Positions 51,221 to 61,215 of a stretch of 64,000 nucleotides of DNA are shown in pieces (position 1 is the first letter of the stretch; each line of letters opens with the position of its first letter). The DNA is from Gammaproteobacteria bacterium (lineage in GTDB: Bacteria; Pseudomonadota; Gammaproteobacteria; Ga0077536). The DNA is taken from NCBI GenBank assembly GCA_963662545.2, contig CAXXLL010000002.1, forward strand, positions 64,001 to 128,000. The letters are read 5' to 3'. Under the pieces are notes generated by a model, which saw only the letters and a list, made by a program, of their open reading frames with translations, was not told where the DNA came from and did no database searches. A program made the position numbers and the translations under genes.

Positions 51221-51583
51221 TGGTGGAGGCGGCGGGAGTCGAACCCGCGTCCGCAAGCCCTCTGCCGTCGGTTCTACATGCTTATCCGAGTCTATTAATT
51301 TAACCGACTGCCACCCGACCGGCAGGGAAAGCAGTCAGCGATTCCGATTAAGTTTTAACGGATCCGCCTCGGATTGCTTCACCGCGATCTTGTGAGCAAT
51401 GACGCCCGAAATCTGGACGCACAAGTACGGCTCCAGTCGGACGGCACCCTACTGGGTTTTAAGCAGCGAGTGCGTAGTTGTCGTCGTTGGCAACTATAAG
51501 GTTTGCAGTTGTATTAACGAGGTGTGCTGCCCCTCGGCATGCCCCTTCGGTTTCGCGACCCGCGTCGAAGCCGTGACGCCCCC
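51221..51583 (-). ncRNA. ssrA: tmRNA, tag peptide ANDDNYALAA
   Basis: GGGGGCG 5' end pairs with CGCCTCC-ACCA (G3:U70); TTCGA T-loop; tag ORF GCC AAC GAC GAC AAC TAC GCA CTC GCT GCT TAA; next to smpB. Confidence 0.97.
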
Positions 51584-51604
51584 AAAAGGAAGCTCACAGT
51601 ATAA

Positions 51605-51768
51605 AGGAACCTCTGAATAAGTCATGGCACATCTGCCTTGCCCATGAAATGGCGCAGTTCGGCGTTACGAACCTTGCCCATAGTCCCCGCTATGGCCTGC
51701 GATTCGTGCCTTGATCTGCACAATTGCATGAACATTTCAGACGCACCATGACTTATTCAGAGGTTCCT
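51605..51768. mobile_element. MITE C, copy 1 (about 164 bp)
   Basis: TIRs AGGAACCTCTGAATAAGTCATGG / CCATGACTTATTCAGAGGTTCCT; second copy at 63217-63380. Confidence 0.8.
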
Positions 51769-51838
51769 AAAGCATAAAACGAACGCTCTCGTACTCATTT
51801 TACGGCGCCGGCTGGATTTTGTTCCGGGGGGCGATGTC

Positions 51839-52105
51839 CTAGCAGCCTGTTGCACTTAGGAAATCTATTCGGCAATTGCTCCTGCATTGCTCTACCTCCT
51901 GCATCCATGCAGTCGTGCGGCGTTGGGATAGCGGTCCAGATGCGCCACGGTTTTCGTTAAATAGCACCACTATTCGCCTCAAACCATGGCGCATCTGGCC
52001 TCGCTCTCCCACCCGCCTCGCTACGACTCCCTAAGTCCAACAGGCTGCTAGCGCGAACTCTCCCACCCGCCTCGCTACGACTCCCTAAGTCCAACAGGCT
52101 GCTAG
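51839..52105. mobile_element. MITE D at a CTAG target overlapping the smpB stop codon; right end duplicated
   Basis: TIRs CTAGCAGCCTGTTG.ACTTAGG / CCTAAGTCCAACAGGCTGCTAG; the right end occurs twice (ending 52051 and 52105). Confidence 0.7.
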
Positions 52106-52583
52106 CGCGAACTCTTCATGATCCGTGCTTTTTCGCGCTGCCAGTCGCGGTCCTTCTCGACCGCGCGCTTGTCGTGCTGCTTTTTACCGCGCGCCAAACC
52201 GATCTCGACTTTAACCTTGCCGTTCTTCCAGTAGAGCGCGAGAGCGATCAAGGCCATGCCCTTGCGCTCCACGGCGCCTTTGACGTAGTCGATTTCTCGG
52301 CGATGCAACAGCAGCTTGCGCGTGCGCTGGGGCTCGGGGTCGACGTGCGTCGACGCCGAGGGCAGGGGATTGATGAGCGCGCTGAACAGGAATGCTTCGC
52401 CGTCTTTCAGCAGCACGTAGGTGTCACGCAGTTGCACCTTTCCAGCACGCAAGCTCTTGACCTCCCAGCCTTCGAGTACCAGGCCCGCTTCGAAACGCTC
52501 TTCGATATGGTAGTCGTACCGCGCTTTCTTGTTCTGGGCGATCGAGCCGGGGTGCTGGACTTTGTACTCTTGTTACCCGCCAT
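52102..52583 (-). CDS. smpB: SsrA-binding protein, with an apparent 1-bp deletion near 52550
   Basis: [40 protein letters not shown] and GKKQHDKR. The ATG start (MAGNK) is out of frame by one base at a C4 run. Confidence 0.9.
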
Positions 52584-52865
52584 GATCATTTCCACGGGCC
52601 AGTGTTCCGCGGCCCAAAACCCGGCCGCGATTATAGCAATGGCGTACCGCTTGAAATGGGCGCAATGGCGAGCGCGAAGTCTTGTCCCCCGACATCGCTT
52701 GCACCATAATGCCGACGGTTTGCTGGCACCGGGGCGCAGTCACGAAACACGTCGGCCGCCCGACTTTGCATGGTTGAAATGAGTCGGGGATCGACTGGCG
52801 CGACAACTCGGGTTACATGGAAAGATCGAACATCGACGCGCCAAGGCGCAAATTGGAAGAGGCTT

Positions 52866-54260
52866 ATGGTTGCGGGCCGTGAATCCATCCACGGACAGTG
52901 GTCATCGCGCTGGATGTTCATCCTGGCGGCGACGGGCTCGGCCGTGGGACTCGGCAATATCTGGCGGTTCCCCTATATCACCGGCGAGCATGGAGGCGGC
53001 GCTTTCGTGCTGGTCTACCTCGCATGCGTGCTGCTCGTCGGGTTGCCGATCATGATGGCGGAAATCCTGCTGGGGCGGCGCGGCCGCCGCAGTCCGATCA
53101 ATGCGATGGCCGTGCTGGCCGAGGAAGAAGGCGCGCACACTGCCTGGCGTTTTCTCGGCTGGATGGGCGTCATCGCGGGGTTTCTGATCCTGTCTTTCTA
53201 CTCGGTCGTTGCGGGCTGGTCGCTCGCTTACGTCTTCTATGTCGCGCGCGGCGTCTTCGACGGTGCGACGATCGCGACCTCGCAGGAGACCTTCGCCGCG
53301 CTCACGGGATCGGCCAGCCGGTTGACCTTCTGGCATTCGGTGTTCATGGCGATGACGATGTTCGTCATTGCCCGGGGCGTTCGCGGCGGGCTCGAGCAGG
53401 CGGTCAAGTTCCTCATGCCGGCGCTTTTCGTGCTGCTCGTCGTCATGGTCGGCTATGCCATGAGTACGGGCGACTTCAGTGGCGCTGTGGATTACCTGTT
53501 CAGACCCGATTTCAGCAAGATCACCGGCGCGACTGTGATGACGGCACTCGGGCAGGCGTTTTTCAGCCTCAGTCTCGGTATGGGCGCGATTATGATCTAC
53601 GGGTGCTACCTATCGGCCGACGCCTCGCTTCCGCAATTGTCCTTCATCATCGCTGGCGTAGATACCCTGGTTGCGCTACTCGCTGGACTCGCCATCTTTC
53701 CCATCGTGTTTGCCTACGGACTCGAACCCGGGCAGGGCCCGGGTCTGGTGTTCGTAACCCTCACCATCGCGTTCGGACATATGCCGGGAGGACAGTTTTT
53801 CGGCACGCTTTTTTTCGTGCTGTTGTCCGTCGCCGCGTGGACGTCGGCGATTTCAATACTCGAACCCGTGGTGGCGTGGCTGGTTGAGACCGCCGGGTGG
53901 AGCCGCGTTAAATCCTGCCTCGTCAGCGGCATTGGCGCTTGGCTACTGGGTCTGGGTTCACTCTTGTCGTTCAACGAGTGGAGCGGCTTCGTACCGGGCG
54001 GCAGGAACTTCTTCGACTGGGCGGAGTTTTTTAGCACCACGTTGCTGCTGCCCCTGGGCGGCATGCTGATCGCCGTCTTCGCCGGTTGGCGGATGTCGCG
54101 CTCGAGTACCATGGACGAACTCGGAACCGGCAATTCTTTAATCTATCGTGGGTGGCTGCTCTTGGTACGCTTCGTCGCGCCAGTGGGTGTAGGCATCGTC
54201 TTCATCGAAGCGATGAAACGGTTCATCGAAGAGATGATCACGTTTTTCGGGTTGTCCTGA
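52866..54260 (+). CDS. sodium-dependent transporter (NSS/SNF family)
   Basis: WSSR..FILAA.GSAVGLGNIWRFPY, GGGAF, GQAFFSLSLG and GPGL.F motifs. Confidence 0.93.
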   Translation: MVAGRESIHGQWSSRWMFILAATGSAVGLGNIWRFPYITGEHGGGAFVLVYLACVLLVGLPIMMAEILLGRRGRRSPINAMAVLAEEEGAHTAWRFLGWMGVIAGFLILSFYSVVAGWSLAYVFYVARGVFDGATIATSQETFAALTGSASRLTFWHSVFMAMTMFVIARGVRGGLEQAVKFLMPALFVLLVVMVGYAMSTGDFSGAVDYLFRPDFSKITGATVMTALGQAFFSLSLGMGAIMIYGCYLSADASLPQLSFIIAGVDTLVALLAGLAIFPIVFAYGLEPGQGPGLVFVTLTIAFGHMPGGQFFGTLFFVLLSVAAWTSAISILEPVVAWLVETAGWSRVKSCLVSGIGAWLLGLGSLLSFNEWSGFVPGGRNFFDWAEFFSTTLLLPLGGMLIAVFAGWRMSRSSTMDELGTGNSLIYRGWLLLVRFVAPVGVGIVFIEAMKRFIEEMITFFGLS

Positions 54261-54282
54261 GCACCCGCCCCGCGGCTTACGA

Positions 54283-54714
54283 GTGGCGCTCGTCAAACGC
54301 AAGGCGTTTTCGCCCTTTACCTCCGCGCAGATGTATGCGCTCGTGAATGACGTTCCGTCCTACCCGTCGTTCTTGCCGTGGTGCGCTGAGGCCATGGTGT
54401 TGGCGCAAGACGAGAACACGATGCAGGCGCGATTGACCGTAAAAAAGGGCCGTTTCAATTATTCGTTTACTACCAAAAATCACCTGCATCCGGACCGCGC
54501 CATCGAAATTCATCTCGTCGATGGTCCGTTCAAGAAATTGCACGGGCAGTGGCGCTTCGAGCCGGCCGATGGCGGTTGTCTGGTGACGCTCGAACTCGAG
54601 TTCGCGTTTCCCGGGCGCGTGCTGGGCGCTGCGCTGACGGTGGCATTCACGCCGATCGCCGATTCGTTTGTCGAAGCTTTCAGGAAACGCGCTTATGTCG
54701 TCTACGATCGGTGA
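54283..54714 (+). CDS. ratA: RatA/PasT (COQ10-like START domain)
   Basis: MY.LVNDV.SYP.FLPWC, FTT.N, LVDGPFKKL.G.W.F and AF.KRA motifs. Confidence 0.92.
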   Translation: MALVKRKAFSPFTSAQMYALVNDVPSYPSFLPWCAEAMVLAQDENTMQARLTVKKGRFNYSFTTKNHLHPDRAIEIHLVDGPFKKLHGQWRFEPADGGCLVTLELEFAFPGRVLGAALTVAFTPIADSFVEAFRKRAYVVYDR

Positions 54715-55003
54715 GAAGCTCAAGGTTCAGGTGGTCTACGTGCTGCCCGACGTACAGCGCGTGATCGTGATCGAAGTTCCCCGGGGTGCGACGCTTCGAA
54801 ACGCCGTCGAGCGATCGCGCATTGCCGATCACTTTCCGGATCTCGATCTTGCGGTGTGTGAATTGGGCATCTTTGGCGAGAAGAGGGATCCCGGTGATCT
54901 CGTGGCGGCAGGGGATCGGATCGAAATCTACCGCCCGCTCGAGGACGATCCAAAAGCGATCCGCCGCCGCCGGGCGCGGGAGCAGCGTCGCGGCAAACGC
55001 TAA
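54695..55003 (+). CDS. ratB: RatB/PasI (RnfH-family ubiquitin-like protein)
   Basis: V.VVY.LP..Q, GIFG and GDRIEIYRPL..DPK.IRRRRA motifs. Confidence 0.9.
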   Translation: MSSTIGEKLKVQVVYVLPDVQRVIVIEVPRGATLRNAVERSRIADHFPDLDLAVCELGIFGEKRDPGDLVAAGDRIEIYRPLEDDPKAIRRRRAREQRRGKR

Positions 55004-55034
55004 CGGGCTAGCCGGCCTTCATGCAATTTGCGGG

Positions 55035-55898
55035 CTATAGATCGTCGGGGTTGGTGATGTCTTTGTACTTCGGATCGCCCGGGTCGTATTCGCCCGGTTC
55101 CTCGTCCTCTTCTGCGCCAAGACCGATACCGTCGAGGATCCGACGAAAGAAGCCGCGCTTTTTCTTGTTCGTCGGCGCATCTTTCGGCACCAGAACCGAA
55201 GGTCCGGTCACTAGCAGCGTATTGTCGGCGTCGTCCTCCTCGTCGTTATCGTCCTCCGCCGACGCCTTATTCTGGTCGTCTTCACCCTCGTTTTCTGCTG
55301 GCGCGTTGTCGTCCTCATGGCGGCGGAGATCCTTTAGGTCATAGATGTATTCCTCTTCCACCTCCTCGGTAAACGGTATTTTGTCCCTGAGCCTGGCGAG
55401 GAGTTTCTTCCTGATGTAAAGGGGCACCTCGACATTCACGTCCTGGCGTGTGTTCACGACCAGTTCGCCCGTCGCTGGCGTGACATCTCCTTCGACGTGG
55501 TCCAGCTTCTCGTCGACGAACACGAGCGTTACGCGGCGGCCCTCGGCGCTGCCACCCCCCGGCTGAAAGGTGTAGACGTAATCCCAGCGGTGCGCGTTGA
55601 AGGTATCCATGATGATGGGCGAGCCCATGATGAACGTGGCCTGTTTCTTGTCCATTCCGCGTTTGAGCTGCGCGATCATCTCCTGGGTGATGACGTTGCC
55701 CTGTTGCACATCGATCTTGTAAATGAACGGCAGATTGCGCGGGCTCGGCAGACTTGGCAGCGGCGATCCGGTCGGCGTTGAGCAGCCGCCGGCGATGATC
55801 ACCACGAGCGCTGTAATCAGGCGAATTGCAAGCAGATGGCGCCGCGCGTGACGGGAGCCTCTACGCCGTGTCCTGGCGGATATGGAAATGCGATTCAC
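55035..55898 (-). CDS. bamE: outer membrane assembly lipoprotein BamE with a long acidic C-terminal extension
   Basis: Lipobox AGGC, YKIDVQQGN, L..GM.K.Q..FIMGSP...D.F...RWDY; divergent from fur. Confidence 0.88.
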   Translation of the reverse strand: MNRISISARTRRRGSRHARRHLLAIRLITALVVIIAGGCSTPTGSPLPSLPSPRNLPFIYKIDVQQGNVITQEMIAQLKRGMDKKQATFIMGSPIIMDTFNAHRWDYVYTFQPGGGSAEGRRVTLVFVDEKLDHVEGDVTPATGELVVNTRQDVNVEVPLYIRKKLLARLRDKIPFTEEVEEEYIYDLKDLRRHEDDNAPAENEGEDDQNKASAEDDNDEEDDADNTLLVTGPSVLVPKDAPTNKKKRGFFRRILDGIGLGAEEDEEPGEYDPGDPKYKDITNPDDL

Positions 55899-56016
55899 GA
55901 ACTCGGTTGATTCCGCCGCAGTTTTGCCGGGGGGCGAAATCCTAGCACAGCGACCCCGTTCCGGGCGAAAGTGCTATGCTGGATGGGTGCCCGGCGGATA
56001 AGGATTATCATCAAAA

Positions 56017-56439
56017 ATGGATACCCAAGAACTTAAAAAAGCAGGCCTCAAAGCGACCCTACCGCGGCTACGCATTCTGGAAATTCTCGAAGGTAGCGAC
56101 GAACGCCACCTCAGTGCGGAGGACGTTTACAAGGCCCTCATCGATATTGGCGAGGACGTCGGTCTGGCGACGATCTATCGGGTCCTGACGCAGTTCGAAG
56201 CGGCGGGCCTCGTGCAACGGCATCATTTCGCCGGTGGCCACGCCGTCTTCGAAATGCGCGCTGAATGCCACCATGATCACATGGTCCGGGTCGATACCGG
56301 CGAGGTCATCGAATTCGCCGATGAGGACATCGAACGGCGGCAGCGACAGATCGTCGAGGACCACGGTTTCGTGCTGGAAGCACACAGCCTCGTGCTCTAC
56401 GTGCGTCCGAAGCCCACCGGCCCGACCGCGGCTGACTGA
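56017..56439 (+). CDS. fur: ferric uptake regulator
   Basis: LKKAGLKATLPRLRIL, HLSAEDVY, GLATIYRVLTQFE.AG and HHDHM motifs. Confidence 0.97.
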   Translation: MDTQELKKAGLKATLPRLRILEILEGSDERHLSAEDVYKALIDIGEDVGLATIYRVLTQFEAAGLVQRHHFAGGHAVFEMRAECHHDHMVRVDTGEVIEFADEDIERRQRQIVEDHGFVLEAHSLVLYVRPKPTGPTAAD

Positions 56440-56515
56440 GCTCTCTAGACCACCTAATTCAAAAGCCGGCTGACGGGATCGAGACGAGCCCGGTTATTTT
56501 TTTGGCGTACCGGTA

Positions 56516-58204
56516 TCAAAGGCGTCGGGTGGCCGTCGCGATCAGATCGCGGGCGTGGGCGACGCTCGATTCGGTCGCTTCAGTGGCGCCCAGCATCCGC
56601 GCGATTTCCGCTTCGCGTTCAATTTCGTCGAGTGCCTCTATCCGCATCTCGGTGTGGCCTCCAACGATGGATTTACTGACGATGAGATGCTGATCGCCGG
56701 CGCTGGCGACCTGTGGCGAATGCGTGATACAAATGACCTGGCAATGGCTGGCGACGTCACGCAGATTGCGCCCGACGATGTTTGCCGTGGTGCCCCCGAT
56801 CCCCGTATCAACTTCGTCATAGACCACGACCGGGATGCCGGCATGACGAGCGGTTGCCGCCTGGATAGCCAGGCCGACGCGCGACAGTTCACCACCGGAG
56901 GCAATCTTATTGAGCGGCCCGGGCGGCTGGCCGGGATTCGTGGAAATGACGAACTCGATTCGATCGCGGCCGTGGAGGCGGGGTACGGCGTCACTTGTGA
57001 GTTGCAGCGAAACGGTGAACTCGGCGTGTGGAATACCGAGATCTCGCAAGCGGCGAGTGATGTCCTCCTGCATTTTTCTGGCGGTTGTGGCGCGCCGTTT
57101 GCTCAGTAGCGTAGCGGATTCGACATACGCCAATTGCGCCGTGCGCAGCCGCTCGTGCAATTCCGCTTCGGCCGCGCTTCGGTTCTCAAGCGCCGCAAGG
57201 TCCCGTTCGAGGCGCTCGAAGAGTTTGGGAAGTTCCTCGATTTCAATGTGATGTTTACGCGCGAGCTTGTGCAGCTCCGCGAGGCGTTCGTCGAGACGCT
57301 GAAGGCGCTCAGGATCAATTGTAATCGAGCCTTCGAGACGATCGAGTTCGTGCAGTGCTTCTTCTATCGTCACGGTCGACTGGTCCAAAAGCTCGAGCAG
57401 GGTCGCGGAGCGACTGTCAACGCCCGCGAGTTCGCGCACCCGCGACGAGGCGGTCTGAAGCGCAGACAACACCCCGGCACCATCACCGTTTAGTGCGTGT
57501 CCGACCGCGGCGCAGTGTTCAAGATTCGCGGCGGCGTTCGCCAGCAGTTTGAAATCGTCTTCGATACTCTTTATTTCGGCCGCATCAATGGACGCCGCTG
57601 ACATTTCCGATACTTGATAGCGCAGGAGTTCGAAGCGATCACGATCCGACCCTTTGGCTTCGAGCCGTGCCAGTTCGTCGCGCACCGATTTCCACGTTTC
57701 GTAGGCCTTGTTGACTTTGGCGACGGCTGCTTGCAGATCGCCATATTCGTCCAGCAAGCGCCGCTGGATTTCGCGCAACAACATTTGCCGCCCTGCATGT
57801 TGTGCGTGAACGTCAACGAGGCCGGCACCGATCTGTCGCAGTAGTTGCACTGAAACCGGGCTCGAATTGCAGAATGCTCGAGAGCGGCCATCCTTCGATA
57901 GGACCCGCCGCAATACGCATTCGTTGTCGGCGTCCACGCCGTGGGTTTCCAGCAGGGTGCGTACGTCGCCCGCGTCCGAGAGGTCGAACTCGGCAGTGAC
58001 GGTGGCGCGTTCGCTGCCCGCGCGCACGAGCTTCACGTCGCCCCGACCACCGAGGGCGAGGCCCAGCGCCTCGATCAAGATCGATTTGCCCGCGCCGGTT
58101 TCACCCGAAAGCACGGTCAGGCCGTGCTTGAATTCGACGTCGACCGAGCGGACGACGACCAGATCCTGAACCGTCAGCGTTCTCAGCAAGGTTCGCGACC
58201 CCAA
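56516..58204 (-). CDS. recN: DNA repair protein RecN
   Basis: GETGAGKS, NPGQP..PL.KIASGGELSR, DEVDTGIGG, CITHSPQVA and EIARMLG motifs. The true start may be a few codons downstream. Confidence 0.95.
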   Translation of the reverse strand: MGSRTLLRTLTVQDLVVVRSVDVEFKHGLTVLSGETGAGKSILIEALGLALGGRGDVKLVRAGSERATVTAEFDLSDAGDVRTLLETHGVDADNECVLRRVLSKDGRSRAFCNSSPVSVQLLRQIGAGLVDVHAQHAGRQMLLREIQRRLLDEYGDLQAAVAKVNKAYETWKSVRDELARLEAKGSDRDRFELLRYQVSEMSAASIDAAEIKSIEDDFKLLANAAANLEHCAAVGHALNGDGAGVLSALQTASSRVRELAGVDSRSATLLELLDQSTVTIEEALHELDRLEGSITIDPERLQRLDERLAELHKLARKHHIEIEELPKLFERLERDLAALENRSAAEAELHERLRTAQLAYVESATLLSKRRATTARKMQEDITRRLRDLGIPHAEFTVSLQLTSDAVPRLHGRDRIEFVISTNPGQPPGPLNKIASGGELSRVGLAIQAATARHAGIPVVVYDEVDTGIGGTTANIVGRNLRDVASHCQVICITHSPQVASAGDQHLIVSKSIVGGHTEMRIEALDEIEREAEIARMLGATEATESSVAHARDLIATATRRL

Positions 58205-59055
58205 TTCAATTTGGCCCTCAAGGTGGCGAAGTGATCGTAGTTTGCAGGGTGCAGCAAGGTGATCGACTGTTTGCGCCGGAACACGCGCACGTGATCGCCT
58301 GGCAGTAGATCCTGGATCGAATTGCCGTCACAAGTTACACACGATTCATCCTCGCGTTCAGTCGCTACGTGAATTTCGATCTGTACGGAATCGCTGACCA
58401 CGATCGGTCGGTTGGTCAGCGTGTGCGGACAAATGGGCACGAGGACCAGCGCGCCGACCTGCGGATCGAGAATCGGGCCGCCTCCGGATAGTGAATAGGC
58501 CGTGGAACCGGTCGGGGTCGCGACGATCATGCCGTCGGCGCGCTGCGAATGGAGAAACTTTCCGTCTACGTAGGTTTCGAGCGTTATCAGGCGCGCCGTA
58601 TTCCATTTCTGTACCACGACATCGTTGAGGCCGTCTTCCGAGGCCACCACTTCGCCGCCGCGCACGATCTCGCAGCCGAGCACAGCCCGCTCTTCGGACA
58701 CATAATGACCGTCGAGCACCGCGCTTAGCCCGCTTGACGCGTCGACCTGCGCGAGATCGGTCAGAAAGCCGAGCCGGCCGAGGTTGACGCCCACCAGCGG
58801 CACGTCGCGGGGATAGATCAAACCGGCTGATTGCAGCAGGGTACCGTCGCCGCCCAGTGAGACAACGAGATCGCAACGGTCCGGCAGCGCGGCCGCGGAA
58901 ACTGATTGAAAAACCCCTGCCATGCCGGCCGTATCTGTGCGCTGGTCGATTAGCACCTCCAATCCGCGTTTGTTCAGCAGGCGGATAAGGGTTTCGAGCG
59001 CATTTTTTACGGCAGGCTCGTGCGTTTTCGTCACGATCCCGATACGCGTGAACAT
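58183..59055 (-). CDS. nadK: NAD+ kinase
   Basis: GGDGT, GVNLGRLGFL, LND, ADG..VATPTGSTAYSLSGGGPI and PICPHTL motifs. Confidence 0.95.
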   Translation of the reverse strand: MFTRIGIVTKTHEPAVKNALETLIRLLNKRGLEVLIDQRTDTAGMAGVFQSVSAAALPDRCDLVVSLGGDGTLLQSAGLIYPRDVPLVGVNLGRLGFLTDLAQVDASSGLSAVLDGHYVSEERAVLGCEIVRGGEVVASEDGLNDVVVQKWNTARLITLETYVDGKFLHSQRADGMIVATPTGSTAYSLSGGGPILDPQVGALVLVPICPHTLTNRPIVVSDSVQIEIHVATEREDESCVTCDGNSIQDLLPGDHVRVFRRKQSITLLHPANYDHFATLRAKLNWGREPC

Positions 59056-59189
59056 TGCGATTTATGCCCGGTCAAAGATTATCAGGCAAGTTAGCATTTA
59101 GGTGAATTGCGGGGCAACGTGGATTTTGCATGAACCCGGGGACGGTGGTAGATTTCCGCTACCGGAACCGCGCGGCCACAGGTCGAAAG

Positions 59190-60376
59190 ATGCCAAATTA
59201 TCATACCGATATCCAACTGAGCGAACGATCGCAGTATCTGTTCAAGTGCCTTGTCGAGCGCTACATCACCGACGGGCAGCCGGTCGGTTCGCGCACGCTC
59301 GCACGCGACGCGAGGCTCGACCTGAGTCCAGCGACCATTCGCAATGTCATGTCCGATCTCGAGGACGCGGGCTTTATTAAATCTCCGCACACCTCGGCCG
59401 GGCGGATACCGACCGTGCAAGGGTACCGGCTGTTCGTCGACTCCATGCTGACCTTTCGCGACTTGAGTCCGCAAGAGATCCGGCAGATGGAGACGAGCCT
59501 CGAGTCCAAAGACGACATCCAGACGCTGCTTGAAAACACTTCGAACATGCTGTCGGAAATCACCAAACTGGCCGGACTGGTCATGATCCCGGTGATCGAT
59601 CGCCGCGCGCTGCGCCAGGTCGAATTCCTGCCGCTCAATGACAATCGTGTCCTCGCCATTCTCGTCACCAACGATCGCGAGGTCGAAAACCTGGAAATCA
59701 CCAAACTGGCCGGATCATGATCCCGGTGATCGATCGCCGCGCGCTGCGCCAGGTCGAATTCCTGCCGCTCAATGACAATCGTGTCCTCGCCATTCTCGTC
59801 ACCAACGATCGCGAGGTCGAAAACCGGATCATCAAGACCAACCGGGTGTATTCGCCCGCCGAATTGACCCGCGCGGCGAATTATCTGACCTCCGCTTTCG
59901 CCGGCCACGACATCGAAGCCGTCAAACGGGGCCTGATCCGCGAGATGTCGGCGACCCGCGAGGAAATGGACCAGTTGATGGCGCTCGTGGTCGAGGTTTC
60001 GCAAAAGGTTTTTCTGGACCAGGATTCTCAAAAGGATTACGTCCTGGCCGGACAGACCAACCTGATGGATATCGACGAGCTGTCGGATATCGAGAAGCTG
60101 CGCAATCTGTTCGAGGCATTCAACCAGAAGCGGGAAATTTTGCACCTTTTGGATCAAGCACTTAAAGCTTCCGGCGTGCAGATATTCATCGGCGAAGAAG
60201 CAGGCTACGAGGTGCTCGACGACTGCAGCATCGTGACCTCGACCTACGCGGACGAAAACCACACCTTGGGCGTGCTCGCCGTCATCGGGCCGACGCGGAT
60301 GGAGTACGAGCGCGTCATACCCATCGTCGAACTCACGGCAAAAATGTTGAGTTCGGCGTTGAATTCCAGGAATTAG
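59190..60376 (+). CDS. hrcA: heat-inducible repressor HrcA, split by an internal ~137-bp tandem duplication
   Basis: YI..GQPVGSR, SPATIRN.M.DLE, PHTSAGRIPT..GYR.FVD and VIGPTRM.Y; 59555-59691 is repeated at 59693-59826. Confidence 0.9.
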
Positions 60377-60385
60377 TCCCCATCT
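60358..60385 (+). promoter_or_regulatory. sigma32 promoter of grpE
   Basis: GTTGAAT-13 bp-CCCCATCT. Confidence 0.65.
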
Positions 60386-60502
60386 CGACGGAGCGATCGG
60401 TCCGGCTGGCCGCGGCCGTTATGGTGCGCTGACGCCTTGCTGGCGCCCTGACGCGGCCGCCGCGCGTCGGTATCGAGTATTAATACGGCCGCCAACCGCA
60501 GC

Positions 60503-61129
60503 ATGGCATTGAGTACAAAGGGTGATGGGGTGAACGAAAAAGAAGACCTTAAAACGGCAGACGAAGCGATCGACGCTACGGACCAGGCCGTAGCCGCGCC
60601 CGAGGATGGTGAGGTGCAAGTCGAGGTCACCGACGATGCCGCGCCTGAAAGCGACGGGCAGCACTCGGAGCTCGAACTGCTCACCGCCGAAATCGCCGAT
60701 CTCAAGAACGAGGTACTGCGCGCACGCGCGGATGCGGAAAACGTTCGCAAACGGGCGGAGCGGGACGTCGAGGCGGCGCATAAATACGGCTTGGAACGGT
60801 TGGTCGGAGAATTGCTGCCGGTCAAGGACAGCCTCGATTTGGGCTTGTCTGCCGCGGCGACGGCTTCCGAGGTCGAGAGCCTGACCGAGGGCATGGAATT
60901 GACCGTGAAGATGTTTAACGATTTTTTCGAAAAGCTCTGCATCGAGGAAATTGATCCCGCGGGCCTGCCTTTCAATCCCGATTTTCACCAGGCAATGACG
61001 GTGGAAGAATCGACGGATGCGGAGCCGGGTACGGTCGTCAAAGTGATACAAAAGGGCTTTCTGTTAAACGATCGCCTCGTCCGCCCGGCACTGGTCATCG
61101 TCGCCAAGGCGGCTGAGTCGAGCGCTTGA
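60503..61129 (+). CDS. grpE: nucleotide exchange factor GrpE
   Basis: LRA.AD.ENVRKR, LLPV.D.L, FNPDFHQAM and QKG..LNDRLVRPALV.V motifs. Confidence 0.96.
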   Translation: MALSTKGDGVNEKEDLKTADEAIDATDQAVAAPEDGEVQVEVTDDAAPESDGQHSELELLTAEIADLKNEVLRARADAENVRKRAERDVEAAHKYGLERLVGELLPVKDSLDLGLSAAATASEVESLTEGMELTVKMFNDFFEKLCIEEIDPAGLPFNPDFHQAMTVEESTDAEPGTVVKVIQKGFLLNDRLVRPALVIVAKAAESSA

Positions 61130-61152
61130 AATCGGGAACCAAGGACCCATTT
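61125..61152 (+). promoter_or_regulatory. sigma32 promoter of dnaK
   Basis: CTTGAAA-14 bp-CCCATTT. Confidence 0.7.
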
Positions 61153-61215
61153 AAAACCAATGATACCGGGGCCTGAGCTAGGCCCTGACAATCAACGATT
61201 AAACAGAGGCAAATC

